DNA of 58,162 nucleotides from Octopus sinensis (Eukaryota): positions 1 to 58,162 of the forward strand of contig NW_021833581.1 of NCBI RefSeq assembly GCF_006345805.1, read 5' to 3'. The notes beneath the pieces are model-generated. The model worked only from the letters and a program-made list of their open reading frames with translations, did not search any database and was not told the DNA's origin. Every line of letters starts with the position of its first letter. The stretch's first letter is position 1. This document shows positions 13,290 through 27,049 of the stretch, piece by piece. A program made the position numbers and the translations under genes.

Positions 13290-13705
13290 AATATTTCGAA
13301 AATTTACTTCGGTGAATACAGCAGTCATCCTTGAAGATGTTTTGTTGAGCTGTCAACAACAGAGATTCGGAACGTAATGTTCTGCTCTACTTACTGCTTG
13401 TGTTCAGTATTTTATAGACGTAATCAGAATACAGTGTCTTAGTGTCACGATGTTTTGATATTTGTCAACACATACCAAAGCAAAGGATAAAATTTAAATC
13501 GTTTACCATAAAAATTTTATATACTATATTTATAACGATCGTGTTTAACGATATTTTGCAGCGAATAAAGAAGAACGTTATTACTTGTTACTGAGATCGC
13601 CTTTATTATCGTCGTTACAATGTAAAAAAAAGATATTATTATAGAGATTATTTGTTATTCTGCTATCTATTGTGAAGATAGCAAATTCATATGTGAGTAA
13701 CTACT

Positions 13706-13741
<36 letters not shown>

Positions 13742-13746
<5 letters not shown>

Positions 13747-14060
13747 CATGGCGCAGTGGTTGGAGCGTCGGACTTACGATCGTGAGGTTGTGAGTTCGAT
13801 TCCCGGACCGGGCTGCGTGTCGTGTTCTTGAGCAAGACATTTTTATTTCACGTTGCTCCTGTTCACTCAGCTGTAGAAATGAGTTGCGACATCACTGATG
13901 CCAAGCTGTATCGACCCCTTTGCCGTGGCGTGGAGAGGGGAGGCTGGTATACATGGGCGACTGCTGGCCTTCCATAAATAACCTTGCCCGGACTTGTGCC
14001 TCGGAGGGTAACTTTCTAAGTGCAATCCCATCGCTATTCATGACCGAAGGGGGTCTCCCC
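13742..14060 (+). mobile_element. tRNA-derived SINE family C
   Basis: A box TGGCGCAGTGG and B box GTTCGATTCC, followed by a non-tRNA body. Confidence 0.75.
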
Positions 14061-14404
14061 ATTACAATGTAAAAAAAGGATTTCCTCTATGTATGACACG
14101 AAAAGGGTTAAGAGGTCAGTTTAACTCTCTTAAATTTCCTGATGCAACAGGCGAGAACAATAATAAGAAAACCCGTAGGAAGATGTAGATTCGGTTTCGA
14201 ATCCCGGCTTGAAAATTTGAAAGCTATTCCTTACAGGTTCATTACCAGATGTCCATACTGTCATATTGTCCATATTGTCCATATTGTCAAAAGTAGTTGA
14301 TTCAATGATATTGATTTAATGCGGTGACCAACGGAATAGTGGAGATTCCTGAATCACATTCATTTCACCACCATTTTTGGTACGTGAACTATATTTCTTT
14401 ACTG

Positions 14405-14803
14405 TCCACAAGGGGCTAAACATAGAGGGGACAAACAAGGACAGACAAAGGGATTAAGTCGATTACATCGACGCCGGTGCGAAAGTGGTACTTTATTATC
14501 GACCCCGAAAGGATGAAAGGCAAAGTCGACCTCGGCGGAATTTGAACTCAGAACGTAACGACAGACGAAATACCTATTTCTTTACTACCCACAAGGGGCT
14601 AAACACAGAGAGGACAAACAAGGACAGACAAACGGATTAAGTCGATTACATCGACCCCAGTACGTAACTGGTGCTTAATTTATTGACCCCGAAAGGATGA
14701 AAGGCAAAGTCGACCTCGGCGGAATTTGAACTCAGAACGTAACGACAGACGAAATACCGCTAAGCATTTCGCCCGGCGCGCTAACGTTTCTGCCAGCTCG
14801 CCG
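14405..14803 (-). mobile_element. SINE family A, dimeric, CpG intact
   Basis: Two ~183-bp body units joined at the AAAGAAATA/GGTATTTCG junction. Confidence 0.9.
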
Positions 14804-15223
14804 TCTTTTTGGTACGTGGAATATTCAAAGATTAGAGCAAGCCAAGTTCTGTTGAAGCTAATTTTTATTTTCTTTCTATTTATTTATTCATGTTATTCTG
14901 ATCATTATGTTGAACAAAGCTGCATTTAGCGTTAGTCTGGTAAGTCGTCTAAGCTCCGGCAGAATCGCCAGCGCATCGGATTAAAATGCCAGTGACATTT
15001 CTGATGATTCTTTATATTCTGAGTTCATAATCTGCCGAGGTCAACCTCGTCGTCCATCCAATCAGAGTCGATAAAACAAAGTGCTAAAGAAGAACTGGTC
15101 ACTGTAATAGATTTGCCTTCTCATTTCAAATTTATTGGCCCTGGGCCGAGGATATAAAAATGACCTGAGCGTTTGAGACTCAGTAATATTGATATCTGCG
15201 ATTATTATAAATGGCTTCCACTT

Positions 15224-15254
<31 letters not shown>

Positions 15255-15264
15255 TGTGTGTGTG

Positions 15265-15296
<32 letters not shown>

Positions 15297-15769
15297 CATT
15301 GATATAATAACGCGCTTTTATTTTCCTAACTTAAAAATGACATTCCTGTTTTTCAGAAAAACAGTCGTGTTTATGTCCTAACCTGACACGATTAGTGATA
15401 CATTAGTGATTCGAATGATTAATGGTATATGTGAAAGATACAGCACACCTTAACATTACCTGAAATTAAACATACACACCCACATAGACAACGGTGTGTG
15501 TGTTTCATTTTAGGTAATGTTAAGGTGTGCTCTGTTTATTGTATTTTCAAACCTTGGCAAATTTTGTATGTAAGAAATGAGGTGGTATATTTATAATCTT
15601 CCGTGTAGTAATACTTCAAACTGCTCAACAATTGAGTAAAGTGAGTGTTTAAAGTCCGGAATGTCTTCGTAGTTTCACCCATTTGTCTCCGATAAGTTTT
15701 TGACAGTTTCCTTTTGTTGTGTTCTTTCTGTTCTGCCTTTGATTTATCCATGCAGCTTGTTGTTTACTT

Positions 15770-16530
15770 TGTATGTATGTATGTATGTATTATGTATGTA
15801 TGTATGTATGTATGTTGTATGTATGTATGTATGTTGTATGTATGTTGTATGTATGTATGTATGTATGTATGTATGTATGTATGTATGTATGTAGTATGTA
15901 TGTATGTATGTATGTATGTATGTAGGTATGTATGTATGTAGTATGTATGTATGTATGTATGTATGTGTGTATGTATGTATGTATGTATGGATGTATGTAT
16001 GTATGTTGTATGTATGTATGTATGTATGTATGTATGTATGTATGTATGTATTGTATGTATGTATGTATGTATGTATGTATGTATGTATGTATGTATGTAT
16101 GTATTATGTATGTATGTATGTATTATGTATGTATGTATGTATGTATGTATGTATGTATGTATGTATGTATGTATGTATTGATGTATGTATGTATGTATGT
16201 ATGTATGTATGTATGTATGTATGTATGTATGTATGTATGTATGTATGTATGTATGATGTATGTATGTATGTATGTATGTATGTATGTATGTATTATGTAT
16301 GTGTATGTATGTATGTATGTATGTATGTATGTATTTATGTATGTATGTTGTATGTATGTATGTATGTATGTATGTATGTTATGTATGTATGTATGTAGTA
16401 TGTATTATGTATGTATGTATGTATGTATGTATGTAGTATGTATGTATGTAGTAGTATGTATGTATGTATGTATGTATGTATGTATGTACGTATGTAAGTG
16501 TGTATGTATGTATGTACGTACGTACGTATG
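15770..16530. repeat. ~760-bp imperfect (TATG)n microsatellite
   Basis: Directly visible. Confidence 0.98.
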
Positions 16531-16572
16531 TGTGTGTGTGTATATACCTATATCTATATATATCCATGCATA

Positions 16573-16610
<38 letters not shown>

Positions 16611-17189
16611 CATTGTACGCGGTTGAAGAAGGCTGTTGACCTACATGTTATATCAGTTATGCATTGATATAAATTGCTCAATAAAGCCAGAAACATATGT
16701 ACCGCAAAATCCTTTGCATCCTGTTTTTTCTTTTGATAAATATATACATACATACGCATATATATATATATATATATATATACAACATACATACATACAT
16801 ACATATATATGCATACGTACATATGTACATGTATAAATATATTTTCCTTAGTCCTCCGTGTGTGTGTTTATACTCGCAAGAAAGCCCGCGTTCACACACA
16901 GATACAGAGGAAAAGTTAAGGTGTTTCTCACCCTACCTCTTTCTCCCTTTCTCTATTTCCCTCTCTCTGCTTCTCTGTCTCTTTATCTCTCTGTTTCTCT
17001 GTCTCTTTATCTCTCTGTTTCTCTGTCTCTTTATCTCTCTGTTTCTCTCTCTCCCTCCCTTTTCACAATAATTTTTCTGTCGCAGCGTTCTTCCATGAGA
17101 AAGAAAAACGGTTCTGACAAACAGCACGTTTGCAAAACATAACACTTGTACGCCCAACTCTAGAGAAAGCGCAACCGTAAAGTCCCCCC

Positions 17190-17520
17190 ACATTCACACT
17201 GAACGGGTCAAGTAGGAAGGTCGTTCCTTAGATTAGTTGATAAGCATTTTACATTTGATCATAAGTATAGGAAAACATGCAAGAAACATTACAGAGTTAT
17301 GCGCCTACGATACAAAACATGTTAGTGAAGATCTCAAAGCCCCCAACTGGGACAGGATATTTCTGTAGGACTTACAATGAGTGCCTAGTGAATAGTCAGT
17401 GTTCTACGAAGCAGAAACGGTGTCGTCTAAATAGAACGGAGCGATATGAAAAGAATAATAATGAGAAATACATCGGTGCAACGAAGGGAACTTTTAAGGC
17501 AAGATTGAATGATCACGTTA
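17190..17520 (+). mobile_element. Decayed Penelope-like element, GIY-YIG endonuclease region
   Basis: GQVGRSFLRLVDKHFTFDHKYRK followed by EKYIGATKGTFKARLNDH (YIG plus the conserved R...H). Confidence 0.7.
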
Positions 17521-17940
17521 GGTACTGGCTGTAAATGTGATTTTATGGGACAGGGAGCTAGGAAAGGAAGGGGGAGAGAGAGAATGGATTATTTGATCGA
17601 AAGTTTACACAGGTAAAATCATAAATAGCATTTTCTCATAAAATGTTTTATTTTTATCAGTCAGCAATAAACAACTGGTACAAATCAGACGATATAAAAA
17701 TTAATATGCACTCAGCATGTTTGCCAACAGACATATTTAACCTACTTTCACTCAACATTTACTATTGCCAAACAGTTTAATAGAGTTTGATCCACTATTC
17801 ACATTAGATATCTTTTATCTTTTACTTCTTGCAGTCGTTAGACTGCGACCATGCTTGAGCACTGCCTTCAAGAACTATAATCGAGCAAATTGACCCCAGT
17901 ACCTATTTTTAAAAAGCTTGGTACTTATTCTATTGATCTA

Positions 17941-18310
17941 GAAGGTGATTCAAAAGTCTCCATACATAGGAAAAATTTATTTTTGTAAGAAACAGTTTAT
18001 AAGATCCCCTAGATCCCCTGATCTTACTCCTCTTGATTTCTATCTTTGGGGGCATTTGAAAGGAATGGTGTATCGCGGAAAGATAAAAGACAAATTATTT
18101 GAAAGAGCGTACCACCAACTAATTTGCTCCCGTATCACCAGATATGCTATTACGAGTTCACAATGAGTGGGGTAAACGTATTGCAATGTGTATTCGAAAC
18201 AATGGTAACCATATAGAACCTGTTAAATAAAAAAAAGAAACTGTTCTCATAAACTGTTTCTTACAGAAAGATAAGTTGTTCCTTTGTATGGCGACTTTTG
18301 AATCACCCTT
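17941..18310 (+). mobile_element. Internally deleted Tc1/mariner-superfamily element with ~65-bp TIRs
   Basis: 17941-18005 is an imperfect reverse complement of 18245-18310, with TA on the left. Interior reads PRSPDLTPLDFYLWGHLKGMVY. Confidence 0.85.
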
Positions 18311-18639
18311 TGGCTGACCTGAAGCTACAGTAAAAGACGCTTGCTTAAAATGTCATATGGCGGGATTGAACCTATAGCCTTGGGGTTGGAAAGAAAACTT
18401 CTTATCACACAGTCACACCTATGCCTATATGTGGTCATTTTTTCTAACAGAACCCAGAGCTATTCTAAGTAATAATTTAGACGTTGATTGGATTATATAT
18501 CCATAATTTTTACCATTATCATTCCCTTCTTTGTCAGAAAGATTAGGGGTTAAAGAACTTTAATAAACGGGTGGGGTCGCATTTATGCTCATTATAATTT
18601 ACGGGATTCGATCTAAAAGTCACAACCTGCCCGATGTTC

Positions 18640-18850
18640 TTTGTAATCGGAGTATATTTGCTTGCCGTGCTCTGCACGGTTTATGCCTCAACCTTAGCAA
18701 AGGCTTCATCGCTCCTGAAGAAGAAATCTCTTCCTGGACTCCGGCCAGTCGCGATCTTATAGGCCCGAGATAGCAGCTGAGATCATCACGCCATCTCGTC
18801 TTTGATCGGCCTCTTGACCTTGTTCGTTGTTTTGGTGTCCATCTGTTGCG
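18640..18850 (-). mobile_element. RTE-type LINE 3' fragment
   Basis: RWTPKQRTRSRGRSKTRWRDDL. Confidence 0.65.
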
Positions 18851-19119
18851 TGCCTGGGTATGTGTGTTTGTATGCATGTCTGTATTGTGTGTGTGTGTGT
18901 GTGTGTGTGTGTTTCTATATATGTGTAGCCATATATCATTATGTAAGACTAGTAAAATATACTAAATATATATTTTATGCAGTGGAAACATCTGGTGTAG
19001 AACTCAATACGCGAAATAAACCGTGTCTGAAGCAAGATTGAGTAGGCATACACACATACACACAAATATATGCATATATACATGCACAAATACACACACA
19101 CACAAATATACATGCAAAC

Positions 19120-19260
19120 CAGCTCAGGTGCGGGGTTTGCAACATTGCAGCGTGTTGATGCATTCTTCATTTGTCGGTATATTTCCGGGTCCTCCCGGGC
19201 GACCAGACGAGCAGAGTCCCATCCAGGCCCCATCTCCGCGAGATAACTCCTCATCTGCTG
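19120..19260 (-). mobile_element. Possible RTE-like LINE C-terminal fragment
   Basis: QMRSYLAEMG...ARLVAREDPEIYRQMKNASTRC resembles RTE ORF ends. Recognised from memory only. Confidence 0.4.
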
Positions 19261-19620
19261 TGAGCAAGTGGAATGTGGTGGGAAATCTCATAAATACAGA
19301 CTGGCCCAAATGTTACTAGAGCATTTCAAGATATAACAATATGTTTATTAAACATTCGCATTTGTTCTTCTATAAACAATAAATATACTTCTTACGAAAC
19401 ATGTTTAATTTATTTAGAAAATTACTCTCTTCAAATGGCCACCATTTTTTTCTTGACAATTGAAAGCAATTAATTGTAAAAAAAAAAATGTGATTTTGGG
19501 GCCACCCTAAATATATACGTGTGTGTGTGTAGTGAGAGAGAGAATACATAAGCATGTATACAACGTGTACTGTAACAGATGTTTCTTATCTCTGAGGCCC
19601 AAAACTCTGAAGGGTAAAAG

Positions 19621-19830
19621 TACATGGGGTTACCCAAAAGAAACTGAAATGCTGCAATATTATTTTATTCATTTAGTTTTACATGTTTATACTTTTATTG
19701 CCTTCAAATCATTCTCCGTTTGAAGCAATGCGTCGACCCAAACGCGTTTTCCACTGTTCGAAGCACTGCTGGAACTCTTGCGAAGTGATGCCTTTTAACG
19801 CCTTTTCCGCTTCTGCAAATTCTGTAGCAC
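19621..19830 (-). mobile_element. Mariner 3' remnant
   Basis: AEKALKGITSQEFQQCFEQWKTRLGRRIASNGE*FEG plus TIR-like TACATGGGGTTACCCAAAA. Confidence 0.75.
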
Positions 19831-19984
19831 CAGCTTTCGGAAAAAGGTCCCGATCAATGTCGATTTGATGGAGGGAGTGAGCTTATGTCTATACAAACAT
19901 TTGATCACTATAAACAAATCATATGTTTGATTGTTCGGCAACAAATTGCCGAAACCTCATACGTCGTCTAACGATGAGAGTCCA

Positions 19985-20036
<52 letters not shown>

Positions 20037-20090
20037 GTATATGTGTATATGCGTGTGTGTGTTTATATCTATCTATATATGTGTTTGTGT

Positions 20091-20169
<79 letters not shown>

Positions 20170-21534
20170 TGTATGTATGTATGTAGATTATATATTTAGT
20201 TCCGCTGAACTTCCTAACGGAAATAAAAATAAAAAATAAAAGAATGATCATTTCTACCCATTGCGATAAAGAGTTTTTTCTCATTTGTCAGCATCGACCG
20301 AGCTTTCATGTTACGGACTGGCCCTCAATAGCTTATTAGAAGGAGCCCTATTATTTATAAAAATCAGTCAATTTATGCAACTTTCGGTAACGCTAATCTT
20401 AATCAAAGTATTAATACAAACACGTAACTTCCACGTAGTTTGTTGAGTGTTTTTTTTTTTGTTGGTGAGGGGTGGGGTAAGTATAGGACAGTCTTTCATA
20501 CAGTGTCAGTCCACCAGTCACAGATAATTGCACATCCGACCTTACTGTCGAAGACACTTACCGAAAGGTTCGGAACCACGATGTCGTCAAGTCAATTTCT
20601 TACCCACACGGTTCGCTATATCCAACAGTGAATTTCTAGTGGTTAGGACAGTAGTTAAATCGCAGCCCGAGTTCGATTTCTGATTCATAATATCTGAATG
20701 TACAATCAGTTGGAAAAAAAAAGAAAGAAAAATGAAAAAGGAAAAAAAACTTTGCAGTATTTACTCTGCTCTTTAGGTTCTAAGTGCAACTTTTATGCAG
20801 ACTGACATGACCTTTATTCCCCCACGGTTGATAAAATTTGCACCAATTGTAGCCCGAACACTTTTTAGTCGACTACAACTTTCACACACAAATAAAAATG
20901 TATTACACTCATGAGAACAAAAATCGTTTTTATCACAACAAAAGTGGAGAGCATAATAGTTAGAAACCATTGATTATGACCCGCTTTCAATTTTCCCTTT
21001 AAACCAGTCCTTTTACTTCAAGCTAAATCGCTAACGTTTTGTAACGAGGACATTTTCATTTTATTTGCGTCTTTACAATAACTCTTTCTTTTTTTCGTGC
21101 GACATGTCAAATTCAAAATGAATATTTTGATTATACTGTCACACATCCTCCACCTTTCGTTTCTCATTACTCATTAGACAAGCAACATAGCCTCGAGCTG
21201 ACCAACAACTTGGGGTTGGAATTCAAAAGACGGAAATTGTGCGGAAGCTTCTCGTTTGGTGTGTCGAACAGAATACGGTGCAATGCCTTCTCCAGTTCTT
21301 TTTGCTCTAATCTGAGATCACACATAGATCAAATTGACCTTCTATTACTTCAGAATTGATAAAACAAAAATATCTCTGCTACCAGCTGTGACAACCTACA
21401 TGTTCTTCTGGGTCAAGGACTGTACTAGCAAGTGAATATCTGAATTTTTTCGCAGCTACATAGGTTACCTAAAAACAATTAGCGTAGGTAAGGCGTATAG
21501 TAATACCAAGTCATCCCCAATTACGAGTAATGAT

Positions 21535-21599
<65 letters not shown>

Positions 21600-21734
21600 T
21601 ACATCTAATATAGGATAAAATTTTTCGAAAAACATTCTATCAATGGCCAGCATATTAAAAAATACCTTTGGTTATTGACGATGTGTCTATTTTCGGCATA
21701 TTTGGCATTAGAAATCTTTTTCTTTTGCCCTTAC

Positions 21735-22075
21735 TCTTTTACTCTTTTACTTGTTTCAGTCATTTGACTGCGGCCATGCTGGAGCACCGCCTTTAATCGA
21801 GCAACTCGATCCCGGGACTTATTCTTTTGTAAGCCCAGTACTTATTCTATCGGTCTCTTTTGCCGAACCGCTAAGTAACGGGGACACAAACACACCAGCA
21901 TCGGTTGTCAAGCAATGCTAGGGGGACAAACACAGACACACAAACACATACACGCATATATATATATATACATATATACGACGGGCCTCTTTCAGTTTCC
22001 GTCTACCAAATCCACTCACAAGATTTGGTCGGCCCGAGGCTATAGTAGAAGACACTTGCCCAAGGTGCCACGCAT
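21735..22075 (-). mobile_element. SINE family B, 5'-truncated next to the fold-back element
   Basis: Homologous to 9428-9835 and stops at the (TA)n tract at 22075. Confidence 0.85.
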
Positions 22076-22096
22076 ATATATATATATACATACAGA

Positions 22097-22527
22097 TAAG
22101 ATAAGAAAAGAAGTGAAGTAACATTTAACAATTAGATGGTGATCATTAGTATTGAATGATCATAGTTTAATTATGGTTAAGATAACATTTACAGCTGTTT
22201 CAGTTTGTTATTTTTGAGGTAAACTTGCGTTTATCTCGTTCCATGTAACAAACATCATCAGAATGATTTGAGCTTAACCTGAGAAATATTTTTTCCTTTT
22301 TTTTCTTCTGTCAACCTTCGATCTCCCAGTCAATATTTCTCTGGTAAAGTTCAAATCATTCTGATGAGGTTTGTTGCATGGAACGAGATATACGCAAGTT
22401 TATCTAAAAAATAACAAGCTGAAGCAGGTGTAAACGTTATCTTAACCATATTTAAACCATTATCATTCAATACTAACGATCAACTTCTAATTGTAACATG
22501 TTACTTCATTTCTTCTCTTATCTTATC
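22097..22527. repeat. Diverged fold-back palindrome (~190-bp arms) carrying HHR motifs
   Basis: 22097-22290 is an imperfect reverse complement of 22331-22527. Confidence 0.85.
22186..22265 (-). ncRNA. Type-I hammerhead ribozyme, intact core
   Basis: CATT-CTGATGA-T-GTTTGTTA...TAACAAAC-T-GAAA-CAGCTG-T-A^-AATG: stem I 4 bp, stem II 8 bp, palindromic stem III, GUA cleavage site. Confidence 0.8.
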
Positions 22528-23148
22528 TGAATATATTAAACCACGGTTTACTCTTAAACTACCAACTACTGTTAACCTTACATCATGACTTTAGTTAGGT
22601 AACGCACCAGTAGTGCATACGGATACATTTATCCCTAAGACTAACTACTAACTCATAATTTTGTGTGTGTATACTTGCATAAGGTATAACCGGGTACATC
22701 TCCTCTGAGGAGCGGTCAACAAAACGGGAAAATGTCCGTTAGGAGACTCCCCCAACTCTGTTATAGAAAGAATGTGTTCTTATTTAACCCACAGTGAATC
22801 TTTATAATATTTAAATTTGTTCGTCTGATTTACGCTGTGTTGTGCATAACATATGTTGTTTAATTAATGACAAACTGTCAAAACTTACAGATATGCTAAT
22901 AAGGCTGTCCATCACAGCAGTAGCGTTATAGAAAGACAAATAATCTATGTTATTAATTGGGGAAGGAAGTCGGCAATATTTTCACAAAGGAGCGATCTAC
23001 AAACCAAGAAACGGTTTGGCAGGAGACACATCTCCCTTTTTCCACACATCACGAACAAAATTCCCTTTTTCTTTATTTCGTCCACAGAGACTCTTTGTAA
23101 CATGTGTGTGCGTGTCTATCTGCGTGTGTACATACACACACGCACACA

Positions 23149-23186
<38 letters not shown>

Positions 23187-23248
23187 ATAACAACAACAAC
23201 ATCGAAAAATACCAAAGGAATGAGAACCCAGGTTCGAAATTTCCCTAA

Positions 23249-23294
23249 GACACCTGATGAAGGCTGGAGGGTATATCAGCCGAAACATTGTGTT
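23249..23294 (+). ncRNA. Minimal type-I HHR with one substitution in stem III
   Basis: GACAC-CTGATGA-A-GGCTG-(10 nt)-CAGCC-GAAA-CA-T-T^-GTGTT. CA in place of CG fits CpG decay. Confidence 0.6.
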
Positions 23295-23904
23295 AACAAC
23301 AAACAAGATGAAGACAATTACCCGTCAAATGTAAATAATGTAAACAACTAATTTATTGTAGGTAAATTTTAACAGCAAAATCTTAAATGAACCCACAGTG
23401 GTCATATGGGACCCCGGTTGAGAGTCACTGAATTCTACACCGTTCTTGATTGAGCAGACCTGTGATTGAAAGCACTCCAGTCGTGACCATACCGTATTTT
23501 AATAAACAGTTTATCGAGAAGAATATTATGCCACGTCTCTTTTCCCACAATAGCGTGTGGTGATATGATGGGAGATTTAGCTGTTATTTCAAGCACTTCG
23601 AGTGACTATGTAGAGGTTCCTTATCAGTTTATGCTGTTGGTGTATAGTTGCTATGGAAACGCTACCTTAACGTTTCGTTACTTATCAGACTGTCCTATTA
23701 ACCTAAAAATCGATAATTCCAAAGTCCAGGGTTCATATAAAGCTTACAGTACGTAAATGCAGGAACGAAATTTGCTTAGTGAGGTGCAATCATAGGTCCA
23801 AACCGGAATGTTAAAAGCGTTTTCCATTGCTCCCCAACGCCTCCTAAGAATGTTAGCGGTTGCACTTGCACCCCCTACATCCCCTCTTCCTAACCTTATA
23901 CTCT

Positions 23905-24123
23905 TTTACTTTTTTATTTGTTTCAGTCATTTGACTGCGGCCATGCTGGAGCACCGCCTTTAGTCGAGCAAATTGACCCCAGGACTTATTCTTTGTAAGC
24001 CTAGTAGTTATTCTATCGGTCTTTTGCCGAACCGCTAAGTTACAGGGACGTAAACACACCACCATCGGTTGTCAAGCGATGTTGGGGGGACAAACACAGG
24101 CACACACGCTCACACACACATAC

Positions 24124-24190
<67 letters not shown>

Positions 24191-24340
24191 TACGACGGGA
24201 TTCTTTCAGTTTCCGCCCACCTAATCCACTCACAAGGCTATAGTAGAAGACACTCGCCCAAGGTGCCACGCAGTGGGACTGAACCCGGAACCATGTGGGT
24301 CGTAAGCAAGTTACTTACCACACAGCCACTCCTACGCCTA
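23905..24340 (-). mobile_element. SINE family B
   Basis: Homologous to the other copies. Confidence 0.85.
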
Positions 24341-26284
24341 TATTACAATATTAACCTTTTCACGAATATTAGTCCTTTAGCTGCAGCAGTGAGAGTCTTA
24401 GGATCAAATCCAGTCGAATTCAATTTAACTTTTGCTACCAGATGAAAATTAGTTCTAAATCATGCAAGCATGGGAGGTTTTTCGATTTGCTAGAAATAGC
24501 GACAAATTCTAACATTCTACACTCTACCGTAACAAAAAGGGTAAACATTCAACATCTAAAAATGCAGTCCCAGGAGCATGAGGTGGCTTGGTCACAGCTG
24601 GATCGCCCTTGGTTACGGATCTATTCGATTAGAGAGAAAATGAGGTTGTAAAGTCTCCCAAATTCATGGGTCAAACATGGGTCGATTTGAGGCTGTAGCT
24701 AGAGATACTTGCTCAAGATGTCGCGCTGTGGGGTTGAACTCGAAACCACGTGGTTACAAAGCGAATTTCTTAACCACTCAGCCATGCCTGCACCTAATGG
24801 TTGGTGTCTTGTTAACATAAAAAGTACATGGAGGGCGGCAATGGGGAATTCCATGCGCATTCACCGGTGCGAAGAATTCATTAGGGGTCGTTCTTCGATA
24901 CATGAAAAAAAAAGGGCAAAATTGTGTTGCGTAACGAGAGGAGCAATCAAGACATATGTATAAAGGAAGGGAATAAAAATATAAATGAACCAAGTGTGTG
25001 TGCTTGACAACCGGTGCTGGTGTGTTTTATGTCCCCGTAACTAAGAGACTGATAGAATAGGTACCAGGCTTTAAAAAATAAATATTGCGTCGATTCATTC
25101 GACTAAGATTTCCCAAGGCGGTGCCCCAGTATGGCTGCAGTCTGATAACTTGTAAAAGAAAAGATAAAACGGGAAATGATAAATTTGAAAAAAACATTTA
25201 AGAAATACCAGTGCTGAGAAAGATTTGTTTCTAATGAAAACCATTTGGGACGGAAGGGTATAGCGTTACACGTGTTTTATTGGCTTTGAAATATATTCAC
25301 GAGCAAGATAAGTTCAAATTCAGAAAGAATGTACCAGAAAGAGAAGATACAAACTCAGGAGGGAGAGAAGAAAAAAACTGTAGCTATTTTGGTACGATTT
25401 ATTTGATTTTACAGACGATTCGATTTCGGGAATAGAAATTAAATTTGGAGATAAGGCGACAGGTAATAAGGCTGGTTCTTCTGTTTATTGTCTTAGAGCC
25501 TTTTTGTGCTGGAGGATATTTGTGAAAGACAGACCCATTCCCAAAATAATAGAAATCTCGTTAGATGCACTTTTAGATTTTATGAAGTTGTTTACCTTTA
25601 CGAAAGTAAAATATCTCTTACCTTTGAGATTACCACTTACAGAAACGGAAGAGGATGTCGAAGAGCTTGTAATATATCCTAAAACGGAAGAGGATGTTGA
25701 AAGTTGTAAACCCTGCGATGCATTCTAAAATTTATTTATTTATAACCGCTTTTCAATTGTAAAATTATGCATGGTTTTAAGTGGCAAAGGTTTTCGCCTT
25801 TAACCATAATATATAAATCAGGAATGTTGTTTTCAGCAAAACTAACTTGGCAGATACGAACTGAATGAAGCGACCAAAAACAAAACGCTTCCGTTATAAA
25901 TTTATTTCTGTTAACATATGTACGATTTGCTCTTGGAGACATTTAGTAATCGTGATGCAAAACATACGCTACTAAATGCGTATTATAGTTATACAAAGCT
26001 ACAAATTGGTACATGACAAGCATAGTCTATTACTTCAACTTCTCGTAAATGATAGATATTTGTATGTGCGTGTGTGTGTGTGTGTACATACAACAATAAA
26101 AGGAAAATGGGGAGTTTAAACTGAAATATGTTAATTTGTTTGCATAATATTATTATATTGTGATCATAATATAAAAAAATAAATATAATCCTTACAATTG
26201 TTCTATTCAAACAAAAACTAAAGATTCATATTATGGAAATGTTTGGAAAAGAACTTCATCAAGGTAAACTGGACGAAAATCACT

Positions 26285-26349
<65 letters not shown>

Positions 26350-27049
26350 GGTTCGAGTTAAACACTTCGTCGGAGAAAAGTGTTAATCAACTTTGAAAGA
26401 TAAATTAGAATTAATGGAGTGAGACTAAGGGGAAGAAGGAGGCGAGAAGTCGGGTTAGAAGGTAAATGTGTCGACGCAGATTTAAGTGCTTGAGAAGACG
26501 GTCAACGGTCAGATCGATAACAGAATATAATTGGTACGCTAATTAATAGGGAAAATATTGGGAACAAAGGGGGAAGGCAAAACACATATTCAAATACATA
26601 CAAACACACAAATGTACGTGTGTATTAATAGATATGTGTGAGTATAGACAGACAAATCTTTGATTCGAAGACATTTTGATATATGTGTGTGTGCGCATGT
26701 ATGTATTCAGATATACGTATTGGTTTCAAATTTTAACATAAGACCAGCAATTTCGTGGGAAGGTTAAGTCGATTATATCGACCCCAGTGTTTAACTGGTA
26801 CTTATTTTATCCACCCTGAAAGGATGAAAGGCAAAGTCAACCTTGGTGGAATTAGAACTCAAAATGTAAGGGCGGACATATGTGTGTGTGTGTGTGTGTG
26901 TATGTATATGTATGTATGTATGTATGTATGTTATACACATACACACACTCATATGTGTGTCTGTCCATATGTATATCGTTTTCTGATAGTCAGACTCAAA
27001 GTAGATAAATCTATAAATAATCCTTTCTACTTAAAGCACAAGGTCTGAA

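Noticed and set aside
13742-13815. tRNA-like sequences (also at 34137, 41281 and 44909)
   Set aside because: SINE heads with A and B boxes that continue into repeat bodies; no complete cloverleaf.
15700-16900. Long ORFs of MYVC, IY and HT repeats (also near 32.2, 48.2 and 52.1 kb)
   Set aside because: Translations of microsatellites that lack stop codons; no protein character.
17108-17146. HHR-like CTGACAA...AAAACATA upstream of the PLE remnant
   Set aside because: Needs three substitutions, and stem I does not pair in register.
25504-25728. 74-aa acidic ORF
   Set aside because: Non-ATG start, contains a short local duplication, and has no recognisable motif.
26345-26400. Minus-strand CCGACGAAG...TCGAACC
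   Set aside because: Too degenerate to call an HHR.
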